From a virus (taxonomy: Duplodnaviria > Heunggongvirae > Uroviricota > Caudoviricetes): a DNA stretch of 15,746 bases. Position numbers and translations under genes: made by a program. Each line of letters begins with the position of its first letter. Positions within the stretch are counted from its first letter, which is position 1. This document shows positions 8,560-15,746 of the stretch, in pieces. The stretch is taken from the IMG/VR virus record IMGVR_UViG_2579778952_000009, positions 1 through 15,746 of that record; one strand, 5' to 3'. The notes beneath the pieces were generated by a model. The model was not told where the DNA came from and did no database searches. It saw only the letters and a program-made list of their open reading frames with translations.

Positions 8560-8582
8560 GCCTCGCGATGCGGGGCTTTTTG
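8560..8582 (+). terminator. Intrinsic terminator after the lysis cassette (first of a tandem pair)
   Basis: gccucgc-gau-gcggggc stem (one G-U pair) followed by UUUUU. Confidence 0.5.
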
Positions 8583-8588
8583 CAATAA

Positions 8589-8613
8589 ATGCGTACCGCA
8601 ACGCATGTTTTTT
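8589..8613 (+). terminator. Intrinsic terminator after the lysis cassette (second of a tandem pair)
   Basis: atgcgt-accgca-acgcat hairpin followed by GTTTTTT. Confidence 0.5.
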
Positions 8614-8728
8614 ACACCGAACCTGCCCCTTTGGAATGGGCCTTTGAGGATACCAGTTAGTGCTGGCGAGCCTCGGTGGGCTGGTTTCCTGTGCGGCAAA
8701 GGTTCATTTCAAAGAGTAGGTACACGCT

Positions 8729-9226
8729 ATGAAATCATTAACCCTCTTCAATCAACCAATTCGTATCGGTGAAGATGGCATGATCTGCCTCACTGATATG
8801 TGGAAAGCCAGTGGTAAAAGTGAATCTGAATCGCCTTACCACTACCTGCGAAACAAGCAGACCAAAGAGTTCTTAGCCGAGCTGGAGAAAAACCACGAAT
8901 CTGTGGTTTTTACTGAGCGCGGTGTACACGGTGGAACATATGGCGGGAAGTTTGTTGCTTACGATTATGCGGCTTGGTTAAACCCCGGGTTCAAGTACGC
9001 GGCCTATAAAGTCCTCGATGACTACTTCACCGGAGAACTTCAGCATCGCAACAGCTTAAGTGCGCAGCTCAACATGAAATGTCATGAGTTTGACCAGAAG
9101 AAAGACATGGCGAGCTTCTGCGGACAAGGGCTGGCAGCATGGCGCTATACGAAGCCAGTGTTGGTCGCTGAGATTAACTCCCTGGCTAACCAGCTGCAGA
9201 TTACGATCCCCGGGCTTCCGGGATGA
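8729..9226 (+). CDS. KilA-N domain protein, 165 aa (antirepressor-like)
   Basis: IRIGEDGMICLTDMWKASGKSESESPYHYLRNKQTKEFLAELEK fits the KilA-N pattern (DG-x-I-x-x-T-x-x-x-K-A-x-GK ... W/YLR-x-x-x-T-x-EFL). Its stop overlaps the next ORF's start (ATGA). Confidence 0.7.
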   Translation: MKSLTLFNQPIRIGEDGMICLTDMWKASGKSESESPYHYLRNKQTKEFLAELEKNHESVVFTERGVHGGTYGGKFVAYDYAAWLNPGFKYAAYKVLDDYFTGELQHRNSLSAQLNMKCHEFDQKKDMASFCGQGLAAWRYTKPVLVAEINSLANQLQITIPGLPG

Positions 9227-9534
9227 GTGATCGTGTTATTGAATGCGCCTCCAGAGCGGGGCGCGACTTCTCAGAGTTCATGAAAGGCGAGAAGGGCATG
9301 ATGGAAGCATTGGCCTCGGTGGATGAGTTTGGCGAGCAGCTGCGCCTCAACGGCTGTGTCAATCATCACTTTGTTAGCTACATGATGCGGAACTCGATCA
9401 TGCAGGCATTCATGGACATGGCAAAAGCCGAGAGGAAAGAAGAGCGCCGGCGGAAGCAAAAGCGAAGTAGCCATTACAAAGCCTATCTACGGGTGGGCTT
9501 GATAATGGCTTATACCCTACACGGGATAACTTAA
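9223..9534 (+). CDS. Hypothetical protein, 103 aa, translationally coupled to the KilA-N gene
   Basis: ORF overlapping the upstream stop by 4 nt, with a basic C-terminal stretch KAERKEERRRKQKRSSHYKAY. No motif recognised. Confidence 0.45.
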   Translation: MSDRVIECASRAGRDFSEFMKGEKGMMEALASVDEFGEQLRLNGCVNHHFVSYMMRNSIMQAFMDMAKAERKEERRRKQKRSSHYKAYLRVGLIMAYTLHGIT

Positions 9535-9756
9535 CTGATATCCCTTTTAAAGGATAAAGGTATTCAAGCCTGACACATCATGCGCTGTATCGTCGCCGTA
9601 TTCCCGTATTAACAGAGACCGTAGCCCGACGGGGAACTCCTTCTGCGCGAGTGTGCGGGAATAATCAAAAACGATGCACACCGGGGTTACCGGGTACACA
9701 TATTTCATCATGCCAGCGAGTCCGGTTCTGGCACGGAAGAAACCGGACGTTATGAT

Positions 9757-10167
9757 TTAGTGCGGAAATATTTGTGTAGTGTTCTGAATGTTCTCAGTAA
9801 AGAGTAATGAATTATCAAAGGTATAGTAATACCTTTTGTTTTCGTGGATATTTGTAATCCATCTGAAAACCCCTGCTGTAGCAAGATTTTTCCTGTATTC
9901 GTAAAATGATAACTCTCCTGATTTGAATCCTTTTAAGGTGGCTTCTATAAGGCATTTATTTTTTGAAAATCTTACATTTACAACCTTACCCTGTCCTTTT
10001 ATTAAAACCGTATTATCGTTTTCAAGAACAAGATGAATATTCTCTGTAGCTAAATAGTAAATGTAATGTGAGACATTGTGACGTTTTAGTTCAGAATAAA
10101 ACCAGTGATAGTTTAAATTATTTCGCACTTTATCGAATATTTGTTTAAAAATGGCAACCTGAGCCAT
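9757..10167 (-). CDS. ybcV: YbcV (DUF1398 family prophage protein)
   Basis: The start is set at [14 protein letters not shown]... (ATG 10167 with GAAGG 7 nt upstream). The translation resembles DLP12 YbcV from memory. The track ORF extends to 10182. Confidence 0.8.
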   Translation of the reverse strand: MAQVAIFKQIFDKVRNNLNYHWFYSELKRHNVSHYIYYLATENIHLVLENDNTVLIKGQGKVVNVRFSKNKCLIEATLKGFKSGELSFYEYRKNLATAGVFRWITNIHENKRYYYTFDNSLLFTENIQNTTQIFPH

Positions 10168-10223
10168 TGTAGTACCTTCCATGTGATATGAGGGGCGTAG
10201 TCTGCACGATTATCTAAATTGCT

Positions 10224-10457
10224 TCAATCTGGTCTGATCTGTTTTCTGAGCAATTCAGTAATGTCACTCTTTTCTTTGTTTGCTTCAGGAGAAACTCTTT
10301 TTTCTGAGCACAGTCTCCGGCGGCAGGCTTCAATGACCCAGGCTGAGAAATTCCCAGACCCTTTTTGCTCAAGAGCGATGTTAATTTGTTCAATCATTTG
10401 GTTAGGAAAGCGGATGTTGCGGGTTGTTGTTCTGCGGGTTTTGTTCTTCGTTGACAT
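10224..10457 (-). CDS. ylcI: YlcI/YnfO-family small protein (DUF3950-like), 77 aa
   Basis: MSTKNKTRRTTTRNIRFPNQMIEQINIALEQKGSGNFSAWVIEACRRRL... resembles the YnfO/YlcI family from memory. It is chosen over the overlapping plus-strand ORF 10219-10485 because it is co-oriented with ybcV and carries the recognisable motif. Confidence 0.5.
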   Translation of the reverse strand: MSTKNKTRRTTTRNIRFPNQMIEQINIALEQKGSGNFSAWVIEACRRRLCSEKRVSPEANKEKSDITELLRKQIRPD

Positions 10458-10559
10458 GAGGTTGCCCCGTATTCAGTGTCGCTGATTTGTATTGTCTGAA
10501 GTTGTTTTTACGTTAAGTTGATGCAGATCAATTAATACGATACCTGCGTCATAATTGAT

Positions 10560-10845
10560 TATTTGACGTGGTTTGATGGCGTAGATGCACGTTGTGACAT
10601 GTAGATGATAATCATTATCATTTTGCGGGTCCTTTCCGGCGATCCGACAGGTTACGGGGCGGCGACCTCGCGGGTTTTTGCTATTTATGAAAATTTTCCG
10701 GTTTAAGGTGTTTCCGTTCTTCTTCGTCGTAACTTAATGTTTTTATTTAAAATACCCCCTGAAAAGAAAGGAAACGACAGGTGCTGAAAACGAGCTTTTG
10801 GGCCTTTGTCGTTTCCTTTCTCTGTTTTTGGCCGTGGAATGAACA
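10560..10845. other. Lambda-type cohesive end site (cosQ-cosN-cosB), with the 12-nt cohesive-end sequence GGGCGGCGACCT at 10657-10668
   Basis: The sequence ...cgacaggttacg|gggcggcgacctcgcgggtttttgctatttatgaaaattttccggtttaagg... matches the lambda right-end/left-end junction and cosB from memory, including the dyad aaaggaaacgacagg...cctttgtcgtttccttt before the nu1 start. Confidence 0.8.
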
Positions 10846-11027
10846 ATGGAAGTCAACAAAAAGCAGCTGGCTGACATTTTCGGTGCGAGTATCCGTACCA
10901 TTCAGAACTGGCAGGAACAGGGAATGCCCGTTCTGCGAGGCGGTGGCAAGGGTAATGAGGTGCTTTATGACTCTGCCGCCGTCATAAAATGGTATGCCGA
11001 AAGGGATGCTGAAATTGAGAACGAAAA
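10846..11027 (+). pseudogene. nohD: Terminase small subunit Nu1 homolog, 5' fragment (first ~60 codons only)
   Basis: MEVNKKQLADIFGASIRTIQNWQEQGMPVLRGGGKGNEVLYDSAAVIKWYAERDAEIENE matches lambda Nu1 from memory. Similarity stops after ...gagaacgaaaa (11027), where the sequence continues as side-tail-fibre repeats in another frame. Confidence 0.8.
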
Positions 11028-13022
11028 TCCGAAACTGCAGCGGCATCATCAAAGAACGCGGCGAAAACCTCAGAAACGAATGCAGCTAATAGTGCACAGG
11101 CGGCAGCGACCTCAAAGACTGCATCGGCAAACTCCGCGACAGCAGCCAAAAAATCAGAAACCAACGCGAAAAATAGCGAGACAGCCGCAAAGACGAGCGA
11201 AACCAACGCAAAGTCCAGCCAGACGGCAGCGAAAACCAGCGAAACGAATGCCAAAGCCAGTGAAACTGCGGCAAAAAACAGCCAGGTTGCAGCAGCCCAA
11301 AGCGAGAGCGCGGCAGCCGGTTCTGCGACTTCAGCAGCTGGATCAGCAACTGCTGCGGCTAACAGCCAGAAAGCTGCGAAGACGAGTGAAACTAACGCAA
11401 AGTCCAGCCAGACGGCAGCGAAGACCAGCGAAACGAATGCCAAAACCAGCGAAACTGCGGCGAAAAACAGTCAGGATGCAGCAGCCCAAAGCGAGAGTGC
11501 TGCAGCTGGTTCTGCAAGCGCGGCGGCTGCTTCTGCCATTGCATCAGCCAACAGTCAAAAAGCTGCAAAAACCAGTGAAACCAACGCAAAGGCGAGCGAG
11601 ACTGCGGCTGCTAACTCGGCGAAAGCATCAGCTGCAAGCCAGACGGCTGCAAAAGCAAGTGAAGACGCAGCCAGGGAGTACGCAAGCCAGGCAGCAGAGC
11701 CGTATAAATATGTCTTACAGCCGCTTCCTGATGTGTGGATACCGTTTAACGATTCACTGGATATGATTACGGGCTTTTCGCCATCATATAAAAAGATTGT
11801 TATTGGTGATGATGAAATAACAATGCCTGGCGACAAGATTGTAAAGTTTAAACGCGCATCAAAAGCAACTTACATTAATAAATCTGGTGTGCTGACAGAG
11901 GCTGCAATCGATGAACCTCGCTTTGAAAAGTATGGATTGCTGATTGAAGGGCAGCGTACAAACCTGTTAATAAACAGCACAAATCCATCAAAGTGGAACA
12001 AGTCATCAAATATGATTTTAAATACATCAGGTGTAGATGATTTTGGTTTCCAGTACGCAAAATTCACATTAAAACCAGAAATGGTGGGGCAAACCTCAGC
12101 CATTTCTATTGTCACAGTATCTGGAAGCAAAGGATATGATGTTACCGGCGATGAAAAGTATGTAACTATCTCATGCAGGGTACAAAGTGGGACTCCAAAT
12201 TTAAGATGTCGATTACGATTTGAAGAATATGATGGATCTACCTACAAATTCCTGGGTGATGCTTACTTAAATATGACAGATTTATCGATTGATAAAACTG
12301 GCGGCGCTGCAAGTCGTATTACTGCAAGGGCTGTTAAAAATGAAGCAAGCAAATGGATTTTCTTTGAGGCAACAATTAAGGCACTTGATACAGAAAATAT
12401 GATCGGTGCGATGGTGCAATATGCACCACCAAAAGGGGGAAGCACTGGTGCAGATGATTATATTTATGTTGCAACTCCTCAGGTCGAAGGCGGTTCGTGC
12501 GCTTCTTCGTTTATTATTACTGAGGCAACGCCAGTCACAAGAGCCAGTGATATGGTGAATATACCAACAAATAACAATATCGGTACACCACCTTTAACAT
12601 TTCTAGCTGAAGTTCATACAAACTGGAACGAAACGCCAAATGCAGCACCACGAATTTTTGATACCAGTGGTGGGAGCACAACTCCGGGTCAATATATAAG
12701 TGTTGCTATTAGTTCAACATTATTTCCTGGTGTTACGATGCACAATAAAAACGGTAGTACAGTAGCCGCCGTATCGCCAGTATTATTTGAATAAAAATCT
12801 GTTCTTGGATTTGTTTTAAATGAATCTGGTAATGTGCATTTCGTTAGCAATGCCCAGCATGGGACTCCTAAAACCACGGATCATGTCGGTGTTAAATCTG
12901 GTTATTTCTTCAGGATTGGGGGACAGACTAATAGCGGTCTACGTCATCTTTTCGGTCACATTCGTAATTTTCGTATATGGCATAAAGAATTAACCGATGC
13001 ACAAATGGGAGAGGTAATATAA
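11028..13022 (+). pseudogene. Side tail fibre (Stf-like) gene, 3' portion, fused to the nohD fragment by deletion and carrying an in-frame TAA at 12792-12794
   Basis: Frame 0 is open from 11019 and encodes Stf-type repeats (AAKTSETNAKSSQTAAKTSETNAKASETAAKNSQ...), then a C-terminal domain. A single TAA at 12792 interrupts the same frame, which continues to 13022 with a LamG-like ending (GHIRNFRIWHKELTDAQMGEV). Confidence 0.7.
11187..11564. repeat. Imperfect tandem direct repeat, two copies of 189 bp (63 codons), inside the tail-fibre fragment
   Basis: Copy 1 starts gcaaagacgagcgaaaccaacgcaaagtccagccagacggcagcgaaaaccagcgaaacgaatgcc... at 11187. Copy 2 starts gcgaagacgagtgaaactaacgcaaagtccagccagacggcagcgaagaccagcgaaacgaatgcc... 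at 11376. Each copy contains shorter degenerate sub-repeats encoding AKTSETNAK. Confidence 0.75.
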
Positions 13023-13303
13023 TGCGAGACTTAATTATCAAATTCACAGACAAGGCCGACTTTTCGGCCTTTATGGATAGCATTGGTTATGACGATGACG
13101 AGGTGATGCAGAACAATGTTCTCATTGATGTGATAGGTAACGTGTACAAAGAAACCGGGGAAATTACTGAAGATGGCGAGCCGGTATGTGTTAAGGAAGA
13201 CGGATATTTTGTAAACGTGCGCATCATTAATGATGTGAAAACACCGTCAATATTCGATGAATACGCGGTTGTTGTTGAGCATCAACTTCGTGGCTGGATG
13301 TGA
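13022..13303 (+). CDS. Hypothetical protein, 93 aa, acidic
   Basis: ORF whose ATG overlaps the upstream stop (TAATG). No motif recognised. It lies in the tail-fibre module. Confidence 0.45.
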   Translation: MRDLIIKFTDKADFSAFMDSIGYDDDEVMQNNVLIDVIGNVYKETGEITEDGEPVCVKEDGYFVNVRIINDVKTPSIFDEYAVVVEHQLRGWM

Positions 13304-13312
13304 GGGAGACAA

Positions 13313-14017
13313 ATGGCTACATCGACAGTAATTCCTGGAGATATCACCACGCTAAAGGGAGATGTCAGTAAAACTAAGGAAGATATTTCCTCAATTAACG
13401 GAAAAGTATCAACGCTTCAGATTGATATGACCAGTGCAAAGCAGGATATCAGCACCAGATACACAAAAACTGAAGTTGATAATAAGCTGAAAAACAAAGT
13501 GGAAGCGAACGATCTGGAAAGCGGTCGTTATGGCGGTGATTTTTACCCGCTGACTGGCCGCGAAGCGTTTTATTTATGGGGGTTGGGCACGACTACTGCG
13601 GCGGCAAACCTTTATCTTAATCCTGACCCTGCAATTTCGTCTGTACTGCGGTCCACATCGTCTATCCGCTATAAACATTCAGTAGAGACGATAGATTCAG
13701 AGCACGCCGATGTCATTTTCAGGATGCGCCCTGTGTGGTACAGGTCGCAATGCGAAAATGACAGGCGTGACTGGGGGTTCTACGGATTGATTGCCGAGGA
13801 AGTAGGAGAAATTGCCCCTCAGTTTGTACACTGGCGACCAGCTAACGAAGATGATGCTCCTGAAGCTATTTCCAGCAATGGCCTTGTTGCCGAAGGTGTA
13901 ATGTACGAACGTCTGGTTGTTCCACTGATTCACCATATCCAGAAGCTGACTGAAAGAGTTGATGAACTTGAGTCAGAATTAAAGTTGTTATTAACTTCCC
14001 GAAGCGATATCGGATAA
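13313..14017 (+). CDS. Tail-fibre-like protein with C-terminal intramolecular chaperone (peptidase S74-like) domain
   Basis: GAGGGAG SD upstream. The N-terminal region is heptad/coiled-coil-like. The C-terminal SSIRYKHSVETID...RPVWYRSQ...WGFYGLIAEEVGEIAPQFVHW...LVVPLIHHIQKLTERVDELESELKLL fits the S74 chaperone pattern (SDxRLKxNI...Y.W......GfIAQEVeevlPeaV). Confidence 0.65.
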   Translation: MATSTVIPGDITTLKGDVSKTKEDISSINGKVSTLQIDMTSAKQDISTRYTKTEVDNKLKNKVEANDLESGRYGGDFYPLTGREAFYLWGLGTTTAAANLYLNPDPAISSVLRSTSSIRYKHSVETIDSEHADVIFRMRPVWYRSQCENDRRDWGFYGLIAEEVGEIAPQFVHWRPANEDDAPEAISSNGLVAEGVMYERLVVPLIHHIQKLTERVDELESELKLLLTSRSDIG

Positions 14018-14027
14018 AGGAGGAATA

Positions 14028-14321
14028 ATGGATATAACACCTTTCCTTCATGCACTTTGTGCTGTGGCTGCGCAGGTACTGGTTGGTCTTTTTACCGGAA
14101 ACTGGGCTTACGGGGCGATAGCCGGTTGTACGTTCTTCATTGCGCGTGAACACACCCAGGCAGAATATCGCTGGATCGAAATGTTCGGGCATGGCAAGCG
14201 AATGAATATGCCGTGGTGGGGCGGTTTTGATACACGTGCATGGGATGTGGCAAGCCTGATGGATTTTGCTGTGCCGGTGGTGGCGTGTCTGCTGGTCTGG
14301 CTGTTGGTTAATCGTGGGTGA
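14028..14321 (+). CDS. Small hydrophobic (membrane) protein, 97 aa
   Basis: AGGAGG SD 7 nt upstream. Two or three hydrophobic segments (FLHALCAVAAQVLVGLF, YGAIAGCTFFIA, FAVPVVACLLVWLLV). Tightly coupled to the upstream gene. Confidence 0.5.
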   Translation: MDITPFLHALCAVAAQVLVGLFTGNWAYGAIAGCTFFIAREHTQAEYRWIEMFGHGKRMNMPWWGGFDTRAWDVASLMDFAVPVVACLLVWLLVNRG

Positions 14322-14996
14322 AAAAAGGTGAGCTGTATATGCAACGGAGGAAGAAAACTCGTTGCTGGAAGCCTGGAAAAAGTATCGGGTGCTGCTAAAC
14401 CGTGTGGACACTTCCGTAGCACCAGATATCGAGTGGCTTATTCAACCATAATAAACAGTATGTATATCATAGGTTATTAATTGTGAGTTTTTTCGGTGTG
14501 TTATTTGTTTGTTTGATGTTATGCTTTTGCGCCCCAAAAGGTTGTTTAGATGTATTTTATCAATTGATTTTCAATATCGTTTAATAAAGAAAAATTAAGC
14601 AAGCTGGATGTTGGTTTTTTGTTAATTGAATGGTTCTAATAATGTTTTTTTACTGTTGTTGAATGTGACTTGATAAGAAATGCAAGTAAAAATGATACTC
14701 TTTTTATTTTAAATTCAAACGGTTGACATATATATAGCAAGAGGTTTCAGGTGCGTTGTAGTGAGTTTATGTTAATAAAAAGCATAGTAAGCGTTGAAAA
14801 ATGTAACTTTGAAATACGTTAGAATAAAAAACAATATACATATAATAATTTAATCTTAAATGAAACTTATTAAAATTTGCAAACTATAATTTTGTGTATA
14901 AAAATATAAATGCACATCATCCTGATTATGATTGTGTATTTAATTGGCTGTTATTTGACTACTATCAACTTGTTTTAATTTTATGATAGGTGCAAG

Positions 14997-15746
14997 ATGG
15001 ATTATGTTTGCTCCGTAGTTTTCATCTGTCAATCATTTGATTTAATTATAAACAGGAGAGTTATCTCGTTCAAAAAAAATTCATTGTTTATTGTAAGCGA
15101 CAAAATTAGAAGAGAGTTACCAGTATGCCCCTCTAAACTAAGAATTGTTGATATAGATAAGAAAACATGTTTATCCTTTTTTATCGACGTGAATAATGAG
15201 TTGCCTGGCAAATTTACTCTTGATAAGAATGGCTATATTGCTGAAGAGGAACCTCCATTATCGCTTGTTTTTTCTCTGTTTGAAGGGATTAAAATAGCAG
15301 ACTCACACTCCCTTTGGTTAAAAGAAAGACTATGTATATCCTTACTTGCCATGTTCAAAAAACACGAAAGTGTAAATTCATTTATACTAACAAATATAAA
15401 TACATTTACATGTAAAATTACTGGAATAATCAGTTTTAATATTGAGCGGCAATGGCATTTAAAAGATATTGCGGAATTGATTTATACGAGTGAAAGTTTA
15501 ATAAAAAAAAGATTAAGGGATGAAGGAACGTCATTTACTGAAATATTGAGAGATACTAGGATGAGGTATGCAAAAAAACTCATAACTTCAAACTCTTATT
15601 CTATCAATGTCGTAGCCCAGAAATGTGGCTATAACAGTACTTCATATTTCATATGTGCATTTAAAGATTATTATGGTGTCACGCCATCTCATTATTTTGA
15701 GAAAATAATCGGCGTCACAGATGGAATAAACAAAACAATTGACTGA
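14997..15746 (+). CDS. appY: AraC-family transcriptional regulator AppY
   Basis: 249 aa, [41 protein letters not shown]..., with a C-terminal AraC-type HTH ([27 protein letters not shown]). Matches DLP12 AppY from memory. Very AT-rich gene, ending at the window edge with TGA. Confidence 0.9.
   Translation: MDYVCSVVFICQSFDLIINRRVISFKKNSLFIVSDKIRRELPVCPSKLRIVDIDKKTCLSFFIDVNNELPGKFTLDKNGYIAEEEPPLSLVFSLFEGIKIADSHSLWLKERLCISLLAMFKKHESVNSFILTNINTFTCKITGIISFNIERQWHLKDIAELIYTSESLIKKRLRDEGTSFTEILRDTRMRYAKKLITSNSYSINVVAQKCGYNSTSYFICAFKDYYGVTPSHYFEKIIGVTDGINKTID

Noticed and set aside
9720-9748. Hairpin GTCCGGTT-(13 nt)-AACCGGAC downstream of ybcV, considered as a terminator or small RNA
   Set aside because: No U-tract follows it on either strand, and the loop is long; it cannot be called a terminator from sequence alone.
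10219-10485. 88-aa plus-strand ORF overlapping the ylcI-like gene
   Set aside because: The minus-strand frame carries the recognisable YnfO/YlcI-like motif and is co-oriented with ybcV; the plus-strand frame has no features.
10846-11766. 306-aa plus-strand ORF that appears to be a full-length gene starting with the Nu1 N-terminus
   Set aside because: Only the first ~60 residues match Nu1. The rest is an Arg/Gln/Pro-rich out-of-frame reading of the tail-fibre repeat DNA, whose authentic frame is frame 0. It is a deletion-fusion artefact, not a protein-coding gene.
10982-11836. Several minus-strand ORFs (10982-11443, 11086-11349, 11392-11589, 11555-11836) with Ala/Phe/Leu-rich translations
   Set aside because: Antisense readings of the GC-rich repetitive fibre shaft; low complexity, mutually overlapping, no start context. 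Typical repeat-induced spurious ORFs.
13697-14422. Minus-strand ORFs 13697-13936, 13866-14411 and 14108-14422
   Set aside because: Antisense to the coupled plus-strand operon with strong SDs; no support.
1-15746. CRISPR arrays, tRNA or rRNA genes, integrase/attachment site
   Set aside because: No regularly spaced short direct repeats, no cloverleaf-like conserved tRNA sequence and no rRNA-like segments were seen. The only recombinase is the truncated serine recombinase, and no att core could be identified.

Overview
This window is a mosaic, defective lambdoid prophage segment of Escherichia coli/Shigella type, with a gene order resembling the DLP12 cryptic prophage (comparison to K-12 is from memory, not a search). 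It opens inside an IS1 copy (1-713) that abuts a 5'-truncated large serine recombinase remnant (714-1903). An AT-rich cargo slot follows with two uncharacterised ORFs (2015-2332 and 2537-3466, the latter with a KilA-N-like N-terminus). Next come the nin module (ylcH-like, ybcN/ninB, ninE, ybcO, rusA, ylcG), the Q-type antiterminator quuD, an intact antisense porin gene nmpC with a structured 3' UTR, and the lysis cassette (essD, rrrD, rzpD with embedded rzoD). A KilA-N domain gene plus an overlapping small ORF sit where bor lies in lambda, followed by ybcV and a ylcI-like gene on the minus strand and an intact lambda-type cos site. A nu1/nohD 5' fragment is fused by deletion to the 3' part of a side-tail-fibre gene that carries a 189-bp tandem repeat and an in-frame TAA. 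Three tightly coupled ORFs (13022-14321), a long AT-rich region and appY close the window. No rRNA, tRNA or CRISPR array was seen. The best candidates for something new are the two KilA-N-associated cargo loci (2015-3466 and 8729-9534) and the small operon at 13022-14321; none of their functions can be established from sequence alone.
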